Shown here: in pieces, positions 52,737 through 64,000 of the stretch | Position numbering within the stretch: the stretch's first letter is position 1 | Layout: every line of letters starts with the position of its first letter | From: Octopus sinensis | Lineage: Eukaryota | Reading direction: 5' to 3' | Length of the DNA: 64,000 nucleotides | Assembly (NCBI RefSeq): GCF_006345805.1 | Contig: NC_043002.1 | Location: 24,614,001-24,678,000, forward strand | Program-made: the position numbers and the translations under genes | Notes under the pieces: generated by a model | What the model was told of the DNA's origin: nothing | Databases searched by the model: none | Seen by the model: the letters and a program-made list of their open reading frames with translations, nothing else

Positions 52737-52997
52737 CAGTGGTTCTTGACCACTTTTTGCCTATAGGACCCCTTTGATACCTATTTTACTCAGGGAAGGG
52801 GACCCTCATAGCCATTCAATGTCTAAAGATTCATTTTATTTTTATTATTAAATATTATTTGGAACTGAATAAAAGAATCTTTAAATATTTTATGTATTAT
52901 GGAAATATAACCAGTTTATTATTGCAGATAAATTTTAACAACAAAATCTTATCATGGACTCCTACAGAGCCAAATGGACCCTAGTTGAGAACTATTG
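52737..52997. mobile_element. hAT MITE
   Basis: TIRs CAGTGGTTCTTGACC and AGTTGAGAACTATTG; 8-bp flanks tccaagag/tcctaggg (6 of 8 match); related to the 22504 MITE. Confidence 0.75.
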
Positions 52998-53472
52998 TCC
53001 TAGGGGAAATTACCGGCTAAGAAGACATCTTTAAGTACATGCATCCATGATAAACAACAACAATAATAATAATAGGCAAATTATTACAAAAGAATATCCA
53101 AAATCCACAGTTCTCGTGACTTGAACAAGCCGCAAGATGGCTGACAAAGACGGCAGACAGCTGGAATAACTTTAATGACTTTCAAATACAACAAACTCTA
53201 TTGGAGGTTGCTATTTTTGATGTGAAGATGAATATAGTAATGTCTATTTATGAGGCTGTTATTTATTCTACTATCTTATCATCGGTCCTTGGGGAACTGT
53301 ACTGTAATGGTGTTAGAGAGACAGAGGAGGGTGTATGTTAGTGTGTGAAAGTTAGGCAATGGATATGTATATGTGTAGTATTATATATAAATGTAAGTAT
53401 ATTTGTGTGCAGATATATGTGTATCAATGTATGCATAAATATATTTGTCTATAAAGATAGAGTGTAAGTTAA

Positions 53473-53512
<40 letters not shown>

Positions 53513-53621
53513 CATGCACACGCACAAACACAAATTCTTTCATTTCTTCCCTTTGCTATGTTTCCCTTTCCACTTTATTAGTATGAAACATTCTAGAAAT
53601 GTTGTTTCACTCTCCTCTGTC

Positions 53622-53669
<48 letters not shown>

Positions 53670-54327
53670 ATAAAAACAATGTAATATAAATTGCTTCAAT
53701 GAGAGGAAATATGATTGATGGCCAATATGAAGGTCACCAGTTCAAAGACAGCCACGGGCATAGCATTATTGAGTGCAAGCTTAGGCCAGACATATTACTC
53801 TACTTGACTTGCTTTGGTCAGTATGGTTGGGCATAGGGTGGGGAGTGGAGTAAGATACCATCAACTACATGTTACCTACACTTCATTAGTTGGAGGAGAA
53901 TATACGGGACAGGTACAGGTGGGGAGGGTACCTTGAAACATTGAGGTACTCAAGTACCTAGCACACACACACATGTCAGGATCCTGTTGTAGTTTATGAG
54001 TCTGAGGGATTAGGTAACTACATGTAACACAGAAGATCCAAAATATTCTTCAACTTTAAGAAACTAGGTACGTATTTCTCAGTCCTTAAGGTACCCTCTG
54101 TACTCACAGACATGAATCTAGGTTAGTTAAGCTTCTGATACCTTTAGTCAAAGAGGTACCACAGAGGTCATTAATACTTTATACTGCTGGAATGTACAAT
54201 ATATTTAATTCAGGAACCTAATGTTTCTTTTGACTAATGTACATATACTTCAGAACCTACAATCTTGACACCTAATTTATTAGAATATTCTGTGCTTTAA
54301 AAACCTTTAGTATGTCTCTAAGATATA

Positions 54328-54554
54328 TATTTCTTTACTACCCACAAGGGGCTAAATATAGAGGGGACAAACAAGGACAGACAAAGGGATTAAGTCGATT
54401 ACATCGACCCCAGTGCGAAACTGGGACTTTATTTATCGACCCCGAAAGGATGAAAGGCATAGTCTACCTCGGCGGAATTTGAACTCAGAACGCAACAACA
54501 GACGAAATACCGTTAAGCATTTCGCCTGGCGCTCTAACGTTTCTGCCAGCTCGC
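54328..54554 (-). mobile_element. Full-length young tRNA-SINE with a 10-bp TSD
   Basis: CTAAGATATA at 54318-54327 and 54555-54564; CpGs retained. Confidence 0.9.
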
Positions 54555-55995
54555 CTAAGATATAGAGTAGTTGTTTCTCACAAGTCTCCAATAGTTTATA
54601 CCTCAGGACCTTGAAAACAACCTACCTTCAGCATATATTTCCTCTTTCTCAGTAATTAGATTACTACCATTATTATCATCACCACCACTACTACTACTTT
54701 CTCTACTGGTTTTGCTGCCATCACCACCGCCACTATTTTACTGCCTCTACATTTACCTTTGCCTTATGACCTATAATACAGTACCACAATCATAAATTAC
54801 TTGTACTTCAGTAATCTGACTCACATTTACCCCTGACAACCATCAATGAACTGACAAGGAAGTTGTTATGTGGTTTTCGGACTTTCTAGAAATAATCAAC
54901 TCTTTCTCAGATCACGTCCTACAGTATTCTTTAAATGGTCACATTAAATAACATAGTCCAAGATACACTGCATGAATAAAAAAAAAAACAGGATGGATAA
55001 GGCTGGAGTGCCTTTGACTTTTAGGTTGATTTGGGGTAAAACAACAACAAAAACAACCAAGGTCCCTAAGCCTTTGACAACCATAACACCTGTACCTCTG
55101 TTTACCAAATTACCTTTTTAGAAAAAAAATGGTGAAGAAGCAGATTATTTACATATGTATTATATATTTTCTCACTGATCCAATTATAGTTGTTGTTCAC
55201 TTACTCTCAGGCTAACATCCTGATTGAGTAAATATATCAAAATAGTAGTAGTAGTAGTTTTAGCAGTAGTAGTAGTAGTAGTAGTAGTAGTTTTAGCAGT
55301 AGTAGTAGTGGTGGTGGTGGTGGTAGTGGTAGTAGTTGTTGTAGTAGTTTTAGTAGTGGTGGTGGTGGTAGTTGTAGTAGTAGTAGACACAGTGGCAGCA
55401 GTCACAATTGTCATGGTGGAGTTGCTGATAATGATGATGAAGAAAATATTATAACCATGGCTCTTTCTTCTTGTCTAACAAAAAATCACCCACCCTAACT
55501 CACCCCTCCAACACCCCGTCCCATCCCTCTATCCTCCGTTCTCCATTAAGTCAGTCGTATCTTGTGGGAGAGGTAGCGGATATCGAAAGATTCTCCACAC
55601 TCAACCAGCCAACAGACCGACCAACCGCCATTGACAAGGAAATTAATTAGGTATAATCCCATAATCCACAGTCAGCCTGAGAGAGACTTGAGTGGGATGT
55701 CGAACATGATGGAGGTGATGGTTGTGTGGAGCTGGGCATTGAGTGATGATAGTAATAGTTGACAAACCAATAGATTACTCGCCTCACATTACTATTTTAT
55801 GATGAATGACAGACTTCATGGCGCACATAGTTGCTTGATTCTTTATTTTTGATAACGACCCATCCACATTAAGTATCTTAGGGTCAGGAGGCAATGTGGC
55901 ACTATTAAGCACTATTGAGATTACTTCTCTCTCTCTCATATAAATATATGGATGTGTGGTGTATGTGCGTATGCATGTGCGTGTATGCATGTTGT

Positions 55996-56043
<48 letters not shown>

Positions 56044-56887
56044 TCAGCTGAAGGTTGTACTACCACTTGAATTTTCACAAATCACTAAGTAAGGGGCATG
56101 AGACAGTAATCAGTTGGTGAAAATATGTCTTAGTCTTATGGATGTGCTGTGTTTAAAAACACAATATACACAATGAAAACTACCAGAAGTGGCTCATGGG
56201 AACACCAGATATATTTCTGTATCTTTGGGCATTGTCAGTAATGTGTATTCACAGACAGACACATGCTCAGAGAAGAGTTGTTGCTTCCACTAATATAGGA
56301 AAACAGTGAATAAACATTCACTGATGCTACAAATAGCCACCTGGCTGAATAAAAATTCATCATATGCAATAGAATCAATATTAGATAACCGTATATCATA
56401 CATATCATACTTAATGTGAATACGTCTTGAAAGGCATATTTAAAGCAATATTTATTTGAAGATAATATTTTGTGTATTTCATGCATTTGAAAACACAATA
56501 TATGCTAGAGTGAGATGAAACACATCACAGCAGTGGCTAGTGAGTATGCTAGATTAATTTCTACATCATTGTGACTTTGTCACTAGCATGTACTCACAGC
56601 CAACCACATGCTTAAATGAAATCTGTTGCCTCCAATACACACACGTGTGCATATGCATGCACATGCACACACACACACACGCACTCTATATTACTATAGT
56701 TGAAAAAAAATCTTCACAAACTGTTACTCGGAATTTCATGCTGGTCAGAAACTGTCTGATGAATGGTTTACATGAAACTCTGAGTAACAGTTTGCAAGGT
56801 TTCTTTCTGCTTCATTGAAATAGTAGTCTACTCAACTTTCAGTATTCAAAAACTATTTTTACTCCAGTTTCTTTTGCATTTATATGT

Positions 56888-56931
<44 letters not shown>

Positions 56932-59432
56932 ACTCACACATACATTTAGTGGCAGCCTGCACTTGACATACCAAAATATATGGAGACAAGTTGGTTAAAT
57001 CTTATGTTTAAGATCTTTAAAATGACAGCACTGTTGTCCTTCAGGATAGTAAGGCCAGTGGTTAAAGCATAGCCGTTTGGTAAATAGAAGTTCCAGTTTC
57101 AATCTTAGCCCAGATTACTGAGAATTATATCATCAAAACATTTCAGCAACATATATAAGACGTACAAATAATTTGTAAAACACGCCACTGCATCATTGTA
57201 TTTTAATTCAGAGTTTACCTACGGACAAACCACAATAACCAGTATAACCACCAAAGAATAACAACTGTAGCTACCACAAGCCAATGACAACAGCTACAGC
57301 CACTAGTGTTAAAACCATCACAGCTCTTAATAGAAATGATTTCAATGTCTTCCTCAAATCACAAGCATTGTCTTAAAAGAAAAAAAAAACGAAACACATT
57401 GGATAATGTAATTACACAGAGGTGGGTGGAGAGACTGTGTCTATAAAAAGATGAAATTGAACATGTTTGATTATAGGTCAGCTGGATCGGGACTCTTTTA
57501 GTAGATCTACAGAAGTGATATGGAAAAGATTAATGCAGCCATGATGTGAATGCTCATTTCTTGGCCTTTTCAACATAGATGACCTCAAGACAGAGAAGAG
57601 AAGCAACCTCACTACTTGACTGATATTTTATTTATCAACCCAGAAGGGTCCAAAGGCAAAGTGGACCACAGCAGAAGTTGAAATTGGGAGAGAAATCTGA
57701 AAAAACTTTCTACCCAATCTCCTAATGACTCTTCCAATAACAACAACAACAACAACAAAAGAATGAGATCTCTTATGTCAGTCTTGTTTGCTCCAATACT
57801 AAAATTCTTCATATGGACAAGGAAAAGTCAATTATCCTAAACAATCAGGAGTAATCAATTGCTCTAGTAGTGTTCTAGCTGTTGTTGTTGTTTAGCATCA
57901 AGGTCAGCACTAATTGGACAAACCTGTGATCATCCCATCTGTGTAAGTGTATCTAGAACAATATCATACTATGTGTTCTTCCTTCTTTAAAATGGTTGTA
58001 TATGATGTGAGGGGAATTTAGCTATTTTTGTTAGTTAAATGACCATGCACATGCTCTCATCATATGCTTGTAGAGCTCTAGTTGGAGTCATTGTAGGAGC
58101 TCTAACCCATAACTGGATTTTTTAATCAGAACCCAAGCTGCACCTCTCTAATCAGAGCCAAGCTGGAGCACTAACTGAAGCCTTAATCAGAGCTAAGATT
58201 CAAACAACATTACTGTAGGAATTCTAGGATCACACAAGCTACTGCTCCACCAACCATGTCAGAAGATGATCATGATGTGACACAGATAGAAATGTCCTCA
58301 TTATTTCAGACATTTCAGAATATTCAGAGGGTATGGATAGAGAAGGAGAGAGAAAGTGGGGTGGGTCGGATGGGTGGATTGTTCAGGTTGTTGAAATGTA
58401 ACAAACATCTGGATGTCTGTCAATCTACTAATTGGTTCCCTGAAGTAGTTTGACATAAAAACAACACTCTACACCTTAAGTGTCAGCTAACTAGTGTTTG
58501 TGTGTGTGTGTGTTTGTGTGTGTATGCATGTGTGTTTCCTTTTGTTTTTTTGTATGTGTATGTATAGGTCTGCCAGTGTTTGTGTGTAAATTCCTCTGTG
58601 TATGTATTTTTTGTTTGTTTTGTGTGTGTGATTCTGTCATTGTGTGAGTATTTGTATGTGAGTTTGTGTATGAGTTTGTCTCAATGTGTGTTCTACCACT
58701 TCATCTCAGTCTCCTGTTTCAAATGGCACTAAACATACTCACCACAACAATTACAGCTACAGCTACAATGACAATATCAATAGTGATGGTGACTATATGA
58801 CAGCAGCCCTGACAATAACATAAACAACTCCTGTAATATTCTGTTAAATATCAACAGGTTTATAAATAAGACCAGCAACAACAAGAACATCAGCGGCATC
58901 ACCACCACCATCAGCAACAAGAACAACATCAACTATGAAAAAGGAGCTTCTATGCAACCACTCAAGCTGCTAGAAATAACATCCAAATTTATTCCAATAC
59001 ATCATGTCTTTAAAAAAAAAACAGAAAAGAAGGAAGAATATACTGTCAATAAACAAAATACAAGATGGGCATGGCTGGAACACATTTGATCGTAGATTTA
59101 TTCAATCGGTGCAGACTTGGGGCTAAACAACACAAACTGCAAAAACAACAATAATCACGAAAGAGAAACTGAACTGATATTACTCATTGAATTAAGCAGC
59201 GAGTTGGAAAAATTGTTAGGATGCCAGGCAAAATGCTAACAGCGTTTCATTCATCTTTACGTTCTGAGTTCAAATTTCAAGTAACAGGATTGGATTTAAC
59301 ATGAAGAACAAACACCACTGTATGAATTATTTTTTATTATTAGTATTATCATACAGTTCTATATTTGAGAGATGAAGAATTATGTACATTATTTACATTT
59401 AACGTATATTTGTCCTCATCTTGTTTGTTGTT

Positions 59433-59478
59433 AACACAACGTTTCGGCTGATATACTCTCCAGCCTTCTTCAGGTGTC
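59433..59478 (-). ncRNA. Minimal type I hammerhead ribozyme motif (intact)
   Basis: GACAC-CUGAAGA-A-GGCUG(gagaguauau)CAGCC-GAAAC-GUU-GUGUU: stem I GACAC/GUGUU, stem II 5 bp, palindromic AACGUU stem III. Activity untested. Confidence 0.7.
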
Positions 59479-59610
59479 CTGGGGAAATTTCGAACCAGGG
59501 TTCTCATTCCTAAGGTATTCTTTGAAGTTATTATTATTATTATTATTACTATTATTCAGGTCACTGAAAAATACCCTGGGAATGAGAACCCAGGTTCGAA
59601 ATTTCCCCAG

Positions 59611-59656
59611 GACACCTGAAGAAGGCTGGAGAGTATATCAGCTGAAACATTGTGTT
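59611..59656 (+). ncRNA. Mirror hammerhead motif with two CpG-type mutations, probably disabled
   Basis: GACAC-CUGAAGA-A-GGCUG..CAGCU-GAAAC-AUU-GUGUU; loses the G16.2 pair and the AACGUU palindrome. Confidence 0.55.
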
Positions 59657-60386
59657 AACAACAAACAAGATGAGGACAAATATTTGTCAAATGTAAATAA
59701 TGTAAATAATGTAGTATTATTATGTTTTATTTTGCGATAGCTTTAAATGAATGCCACTAACATGGTTCTGTGTTTCCTGGTGTGTTCATTGAACAAAACA
59801 AAACATATTTTGTTGGACTCACACTTTTAATACAATATGTTCATATTCAGAATATCTTTTCTATGTGGTTTTACTATATTCATTTGAATAGGTTGCACCA
59901 GAACTTGTGTGTGTGTGCATTGCACACCATCTCATGCTAAAGGCTTCTATTACAGCCTCAGGTTGACCAATAACGTATGTGTGAAATTTGCTAGATTTAG
60001 AATGTGTAGCACCCTATTACACATGTAGATGTGGTTTGTCTTGAATTACATCCCTCTACATCAATAAATCTTTCAGCTATTCCATAAATATAGATAGAGC
60101 AACTGAAATAACTGCAGGGGCTGCTTTGAGCTGCTTCAACCTCGAAGATGATGCCCTGGCATGGCTATGATCCATTGACAGAAAACAGTATAATTACATA
60201 CATACTTCATTCTTGTATACTTTGATATAGATGTGTGTGTAATATGAAGGCATTCAATTTCTAGATTAATTAGTATGGTGAACAAATGTCTTGTGGTATT
60301 TGTTTTGGCTCTTTGCATTCTGAGTTCAAATTTCACTGTTTAACTTTGCCTTTCATCCTTCAAGGGCAATAAATAAAATTTCAGTA

Positions 60387-60580
60387 CCCCCTCCCTCCCC
60401 TCCCTCCCCTCTCCCCCTCCCTCTCCCTCTCCTCTCTCTCCCTTCCATCTCCCCCCTTTATCCCCCTCTCCCTCCCTCCCTCCCCTCTCTCTCCTTCCAT
60501 CTCTCTCCCCCCTGCTCTCCTTCAATCTCTCTGCCTTCCCTCTATACCCCTCCCCTCTTTCTCCCTCTCTCTCTATCTCA
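60387..60580. repeat. Nearly pure C/T tract (G-rich minus strand)
   Basis: Direct reading; follows a SINE core at about 60290-60385. Confidence 0.9.
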
Positions 60581-61150
60581 ATTAATTACATTTTGGTGTG
60601 TAAAGATTGTCTGGTACCACTCACAATCTTCTGTGCATGCAAGAAATGGAAAAGGGTCAAGCAAGGAGCTTACAACCCTTTTTTTATCCAGCATGCTAAA
60701 AAGGAACTGTGCCAAAAAAATTTAGAGATTGTTGTGATGTACAGTGCAAAACATATGAGCATTCAAGCATAGTCCAGGTTCAGGCTAACCGCATTGTGTA
60801 GTAAGAAGTAGGTAGGATTACTTAGGGTGAGCAATCCCACTGCAAATCATCCAATGGTTAAATCCTGGCTTCCCTTCACTGAATTATGAACACACACACA
60901 CACACACGCACACGCACAGAGATAGAGAGAGAGAGATCAAAAGCAAATGGATGCCATCATTTCTGAAAGATTGCTAGAAAGAAAATAAAGTCATTTGATG
61001 CATTTAGATACTTGATCTAATAATTTAGTAGTCATGATGCCTTGTACAGTTTTTTGATGATTTAACCTATTGGGCATTTTACTCATCAGTAGTCTGCACA
61101 GTAGGAATGGTATAATGAGAGCTGTCTATTTAATTTTGAGCTGTGTGAGA

Positions 61151-61181
<31 letters not shown>

Positions 61182-61183
61182 TA

Positions 61184-61239
<56 letters not shown>

Positions 61240-61515
61240 CTTTGTAGTGCAGCCATCTTGTAAAGGTTAACAACAATAAGTATGTTATCATTTAAGATTC
61301 TTTGAAACAACATCTTGACTCAGAGATTTACTTGTCAAGAGACTTGTTCTCCTATCATTTACTGAAGCTGAAGCAATTACATAGCGGAGGAAATCATAAT
61401 TTAAAACACACATATATCGTTAAGTTCACTTTTATTTTATTAAAGGTTTCTGTACTCTTTAAATGGCTACCATGAATAACACTTCCATATTGTAATTGTT
61501 AATAAAGGCAAAACA

Positions 61516-61549
<34 letters not shown>

Positions 61550-61837
61550 TTATTATTTGAGGGAATATAAATCCAAACTTACAGGGGAAAAAAAAATTCA
61601 ATTTAGAAATACTAAATCAAATTTCACACAATATAATATATATATATATTAAAAAAATAGAAAGAAAAACATCTTTTATCAATTCAAAATGAACAATTAA
61701 ATTACACCTTCTAGAAAATTACATATAATAGAAATATTAAAATTAAAAATATTAAAATTATTAAAATTTTAATATTTCTATTATATGTAATTTAATTGTT
61801 CATTTTGAATTGATAAAAGGTGTTTTTTTTCTAATTT

Positions 61838-61871
<34 letters not shown>

Positions 61872-62331
61872 CAGGGTGCAATGGGTAAATTGTTGCCATT
61901 TGATTTTTTTTTTATTTTGGACATGTGTATTGTTTGTTTTTGATTTTGTTGACTATGCAGTATAGTAGGGTCAGTTGGGCACTGTCTGTGAGAAAAACAG
62001 CACCATGATGCACTTCATTCTGTCAGAAATTTGGAAATGACATGCTGTACTGCTTGGCATTCACACTGGAAGCTCCAAAGATGAACTGAAGGCAAGGATT
62101 ATGGCAGCATTCACCAACTTAAACAAGGAGACCATCCATAAGAGTTGCAAGAGATTCCGTAGTCGTCTGGAGGCCATGGTTGAAGCCAATAGCAATTTTA
62201 TTGAATAGTTTTCCTATTTAATATTTCAAGATATCTTTATGTAAGTTTGGTAAATACACCTATTAAAATGAGATGTCAATGTTATTTTCATTTTTGCGTA
62301 ATTTAGCTGACAATTCATTCACCGTACCCTG
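61872..62331 (+). mobile_element. Internally deleted DD37D/maT element in (TA)n
   Basis: TA|CAGGGT...ACCCTG|TA; KDELKARIMAAFTNLNKETIHKSCKRFRSRLEAMVEANSNFIE*. Confidence 0.88.
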
Positions 62332-62343
62332 TACATAGATATG

Positions 62344-62584
62344 CAGTAATCTCTCGTCTATCACAGATGTTACATTGCAAACCAGCACCCCCATGATAGG
62401 CGAAAATCCATGAAGTAGAAACAGTATTGTACTGTATAGTTTTTTTTTATTATTTTTATAATTTGTGTATATTTATTTTATTATAAATGCAAAACAACAT
62501 CAAGGGGGAACCAACGTAATCTTAAATAATAAACCACAATAGGTGACCGTGATAGGTTAACCGTGATATGATGAGGGATTATTG
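62344..62584. mobile_element. pogo/Tigger-like MITE
   Basis: TIRs cagtaatctctcgtctatcac and gtgatatgatgagggattattg; TA at the right end. Confidence 0.7.
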
Positions 62585-62642
<58 letters not shown>

Positions 62643-62756
62643 CGACTTGGGTTGAAACAATTGTTATGATTAATAAGGAATTTTGTGAATTCCATTTTCT
62701 CTTTCACTCATTTGTTTTATATATATAATTTATATATATATATATATATATACATC

Positions 62757-62960
62757 CTCAGTAGTTCATATATCCCAAAAAGAAGCACACTCTAAAATGT
62801 TAGAGCAATAATATATATTTTTAGGAAGTTAAAAATTATGACCAATAATAGAGTGACTATTAATTTCATATCTATAAAGTGCTTCACCTATACTGCTAAG
62901 CACCTTATAGGTGCAAAACCAATGGTCACTCTATGACTGGCCATAACTTTTAACTTCCTT
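62757..62960. mobile_element. Second copy of the 7685 hairpin-forming family (hairpin about 62823-62959)
   Basis: aggaagttaaaaattatgacc..agagtgac pairs with gtcactct..ggccataacttttaacttcct. Confidence 0.6.
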
Positions 62961-64000
62961 ATATACATACATACCGTTATTGTTTTTTAATGTCCACCTT
63001 TTTATGCTTTTATGGGGCAGATAAGACTACAATAAGGCAGACTTTTCTGCAGTTAGATGCCCTTCCTGATACTAACCCTGACCTGTTTCCAAACGTGACA
63101 TTTATCCCCTGCCTATTGAACAGTGAACAGCCAAAGCATACTTTTACAGTGATTGCAAGCCAAGGACACCATCTGCTTGAATGATGGATCTTTTGTTTAC
63201 AGTCAGCACTTACATGTGAAAGCAATGGGAAATAAAAGCTCATTTACACATGCACATAGGCACACAGACACACATGCATATATAAACAAATACACACACA
63301 TTCGAAGGAATGCCATAAAGTTCTTGGTTTTAAGGGTATCATAAAAGGCCTGGTTAGAGGCCCAGCATTCTGAGTTCTTTTATAAGTCTTAGGAAAATTG
63401 AAGGACTGCTGCAATAAGTGTGTGAATGTGAGAGGGGAATATATTCAATAAAATCATGATTAACTGATCCTCCTATATTTTCTTTTATCTAGAGCCAGGA
63501 ACTTTTCAGCATCCCCTCATATATACTTGAAGAGATCAACTCTGATTTCTTTGTAATACAAAAATGATGGCCCTATAGTTGAGCTCATTCATTTCATCAG
63601 GGTTAATGTGATAGACCTTGTATTGAATAATACAACTTCCCACCTTATCTCTCACATTGTTTCCAAAGCTGTTCTGTATTTTCATATTTGTCACTTTATT
63701 ATTGCTTTATCTCAATCTTTTCTCCATCTTCTCTTCATGTCTTCATCTCCTTAATCCTCTCATGGAATAATCCAGTTTTATTTAAGCTGTCCATGGATGA
63801 TACACTCAAACATAATACATACACAGACACAAACAACAAACATCCTTACATGCACAGATACCACTACATACACTCACACACTACACAGTTTGACTACAAA
63901 CAAGCACCCTCCTCCCACTCTATTGCACCTCTATACATATCATACAAGCACTACATAGCAGCATACCATTTAATACCACTATTCACAGCTGCTATACACA

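Larger units (their letters stand above)
1025..59135. repeat. Old dispersed SINE-like family with an (AAC)n tail; at least 10 decayed copies (e.g. about 1025, 11455, 17660, 18840, 29930, 31520, 43810, 47650, 54850, 57300, 57880, 58940)
   Basis: Recurring tcaaatcacacccta..cttaaaaaa..ggacacattgga..gatcataggtct..ggggctaaacaacaac. The coordinates span the dispersed copies, not one element. Confidence 0.65.
59385..59703. mobile_element. Penelope-like fold-back: ~135-nt inverted arms around an (ATT)n spacer
   Basis: Arms at about 59385-59519 and 59570-59703 are near-perfect reverse complements. Confidence 0.85.

Noticed and set aside
55551-55650. Possible next TMEM132 exon (QSYLVGEVADIERFSTLNQPT..)
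   Set aside because: Weak TAAG acceptor, an in-frame stop before any good donor, and no W..EY motif as expected in this exon.
1-64000. rRNA, NUMT, viral or bacterial insert
   Set aside because: No segment showed such motifs or gene-dense organisation; the GC-richer islands are explained by exons or transposons.

Overview
AT-rich animal genomic DNA dense in microsatellites and transposons, most likely from an octopod cephalopod (inferred from the repeat families, not proven). The only host coding sequence I can support is two + strand exons, 23615-24473 and 33211-33360, of a TMEM132-family membrane adhesion protein. They join in frame (CG|A). I could not find exon 1 or the following exon, so most of the window is probably very long introns. 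The rest is transposon debris: a 5'-truncated but nearly intact CR1-type LINE, many RTE 3' ends, R4/Dong-like RLE LINE remnants, several tRNA-SINE families, DD37D and mariner remnants, piggyBac-, hAT- and Tigger-like MITEs, and Penelope-like ends. The most notable signal is a fold-back at about 59385-59703 whose arms each carry a minimal type I hammerhead ribozyme motif, intact on the minus strand and CpG-decayed on the plus strand. Also notable are a dimeric higher-order minisatellite grown inside an RTE 3'UTR and a SINE with a built-in microsatellite that received a nested insertion. I see no CRISPR array, prokaryotic system, or true tRNA/rRNA gene, and no clearly new multi-gene system. Repeat boundaries and identities were judged by eye and are approximate.
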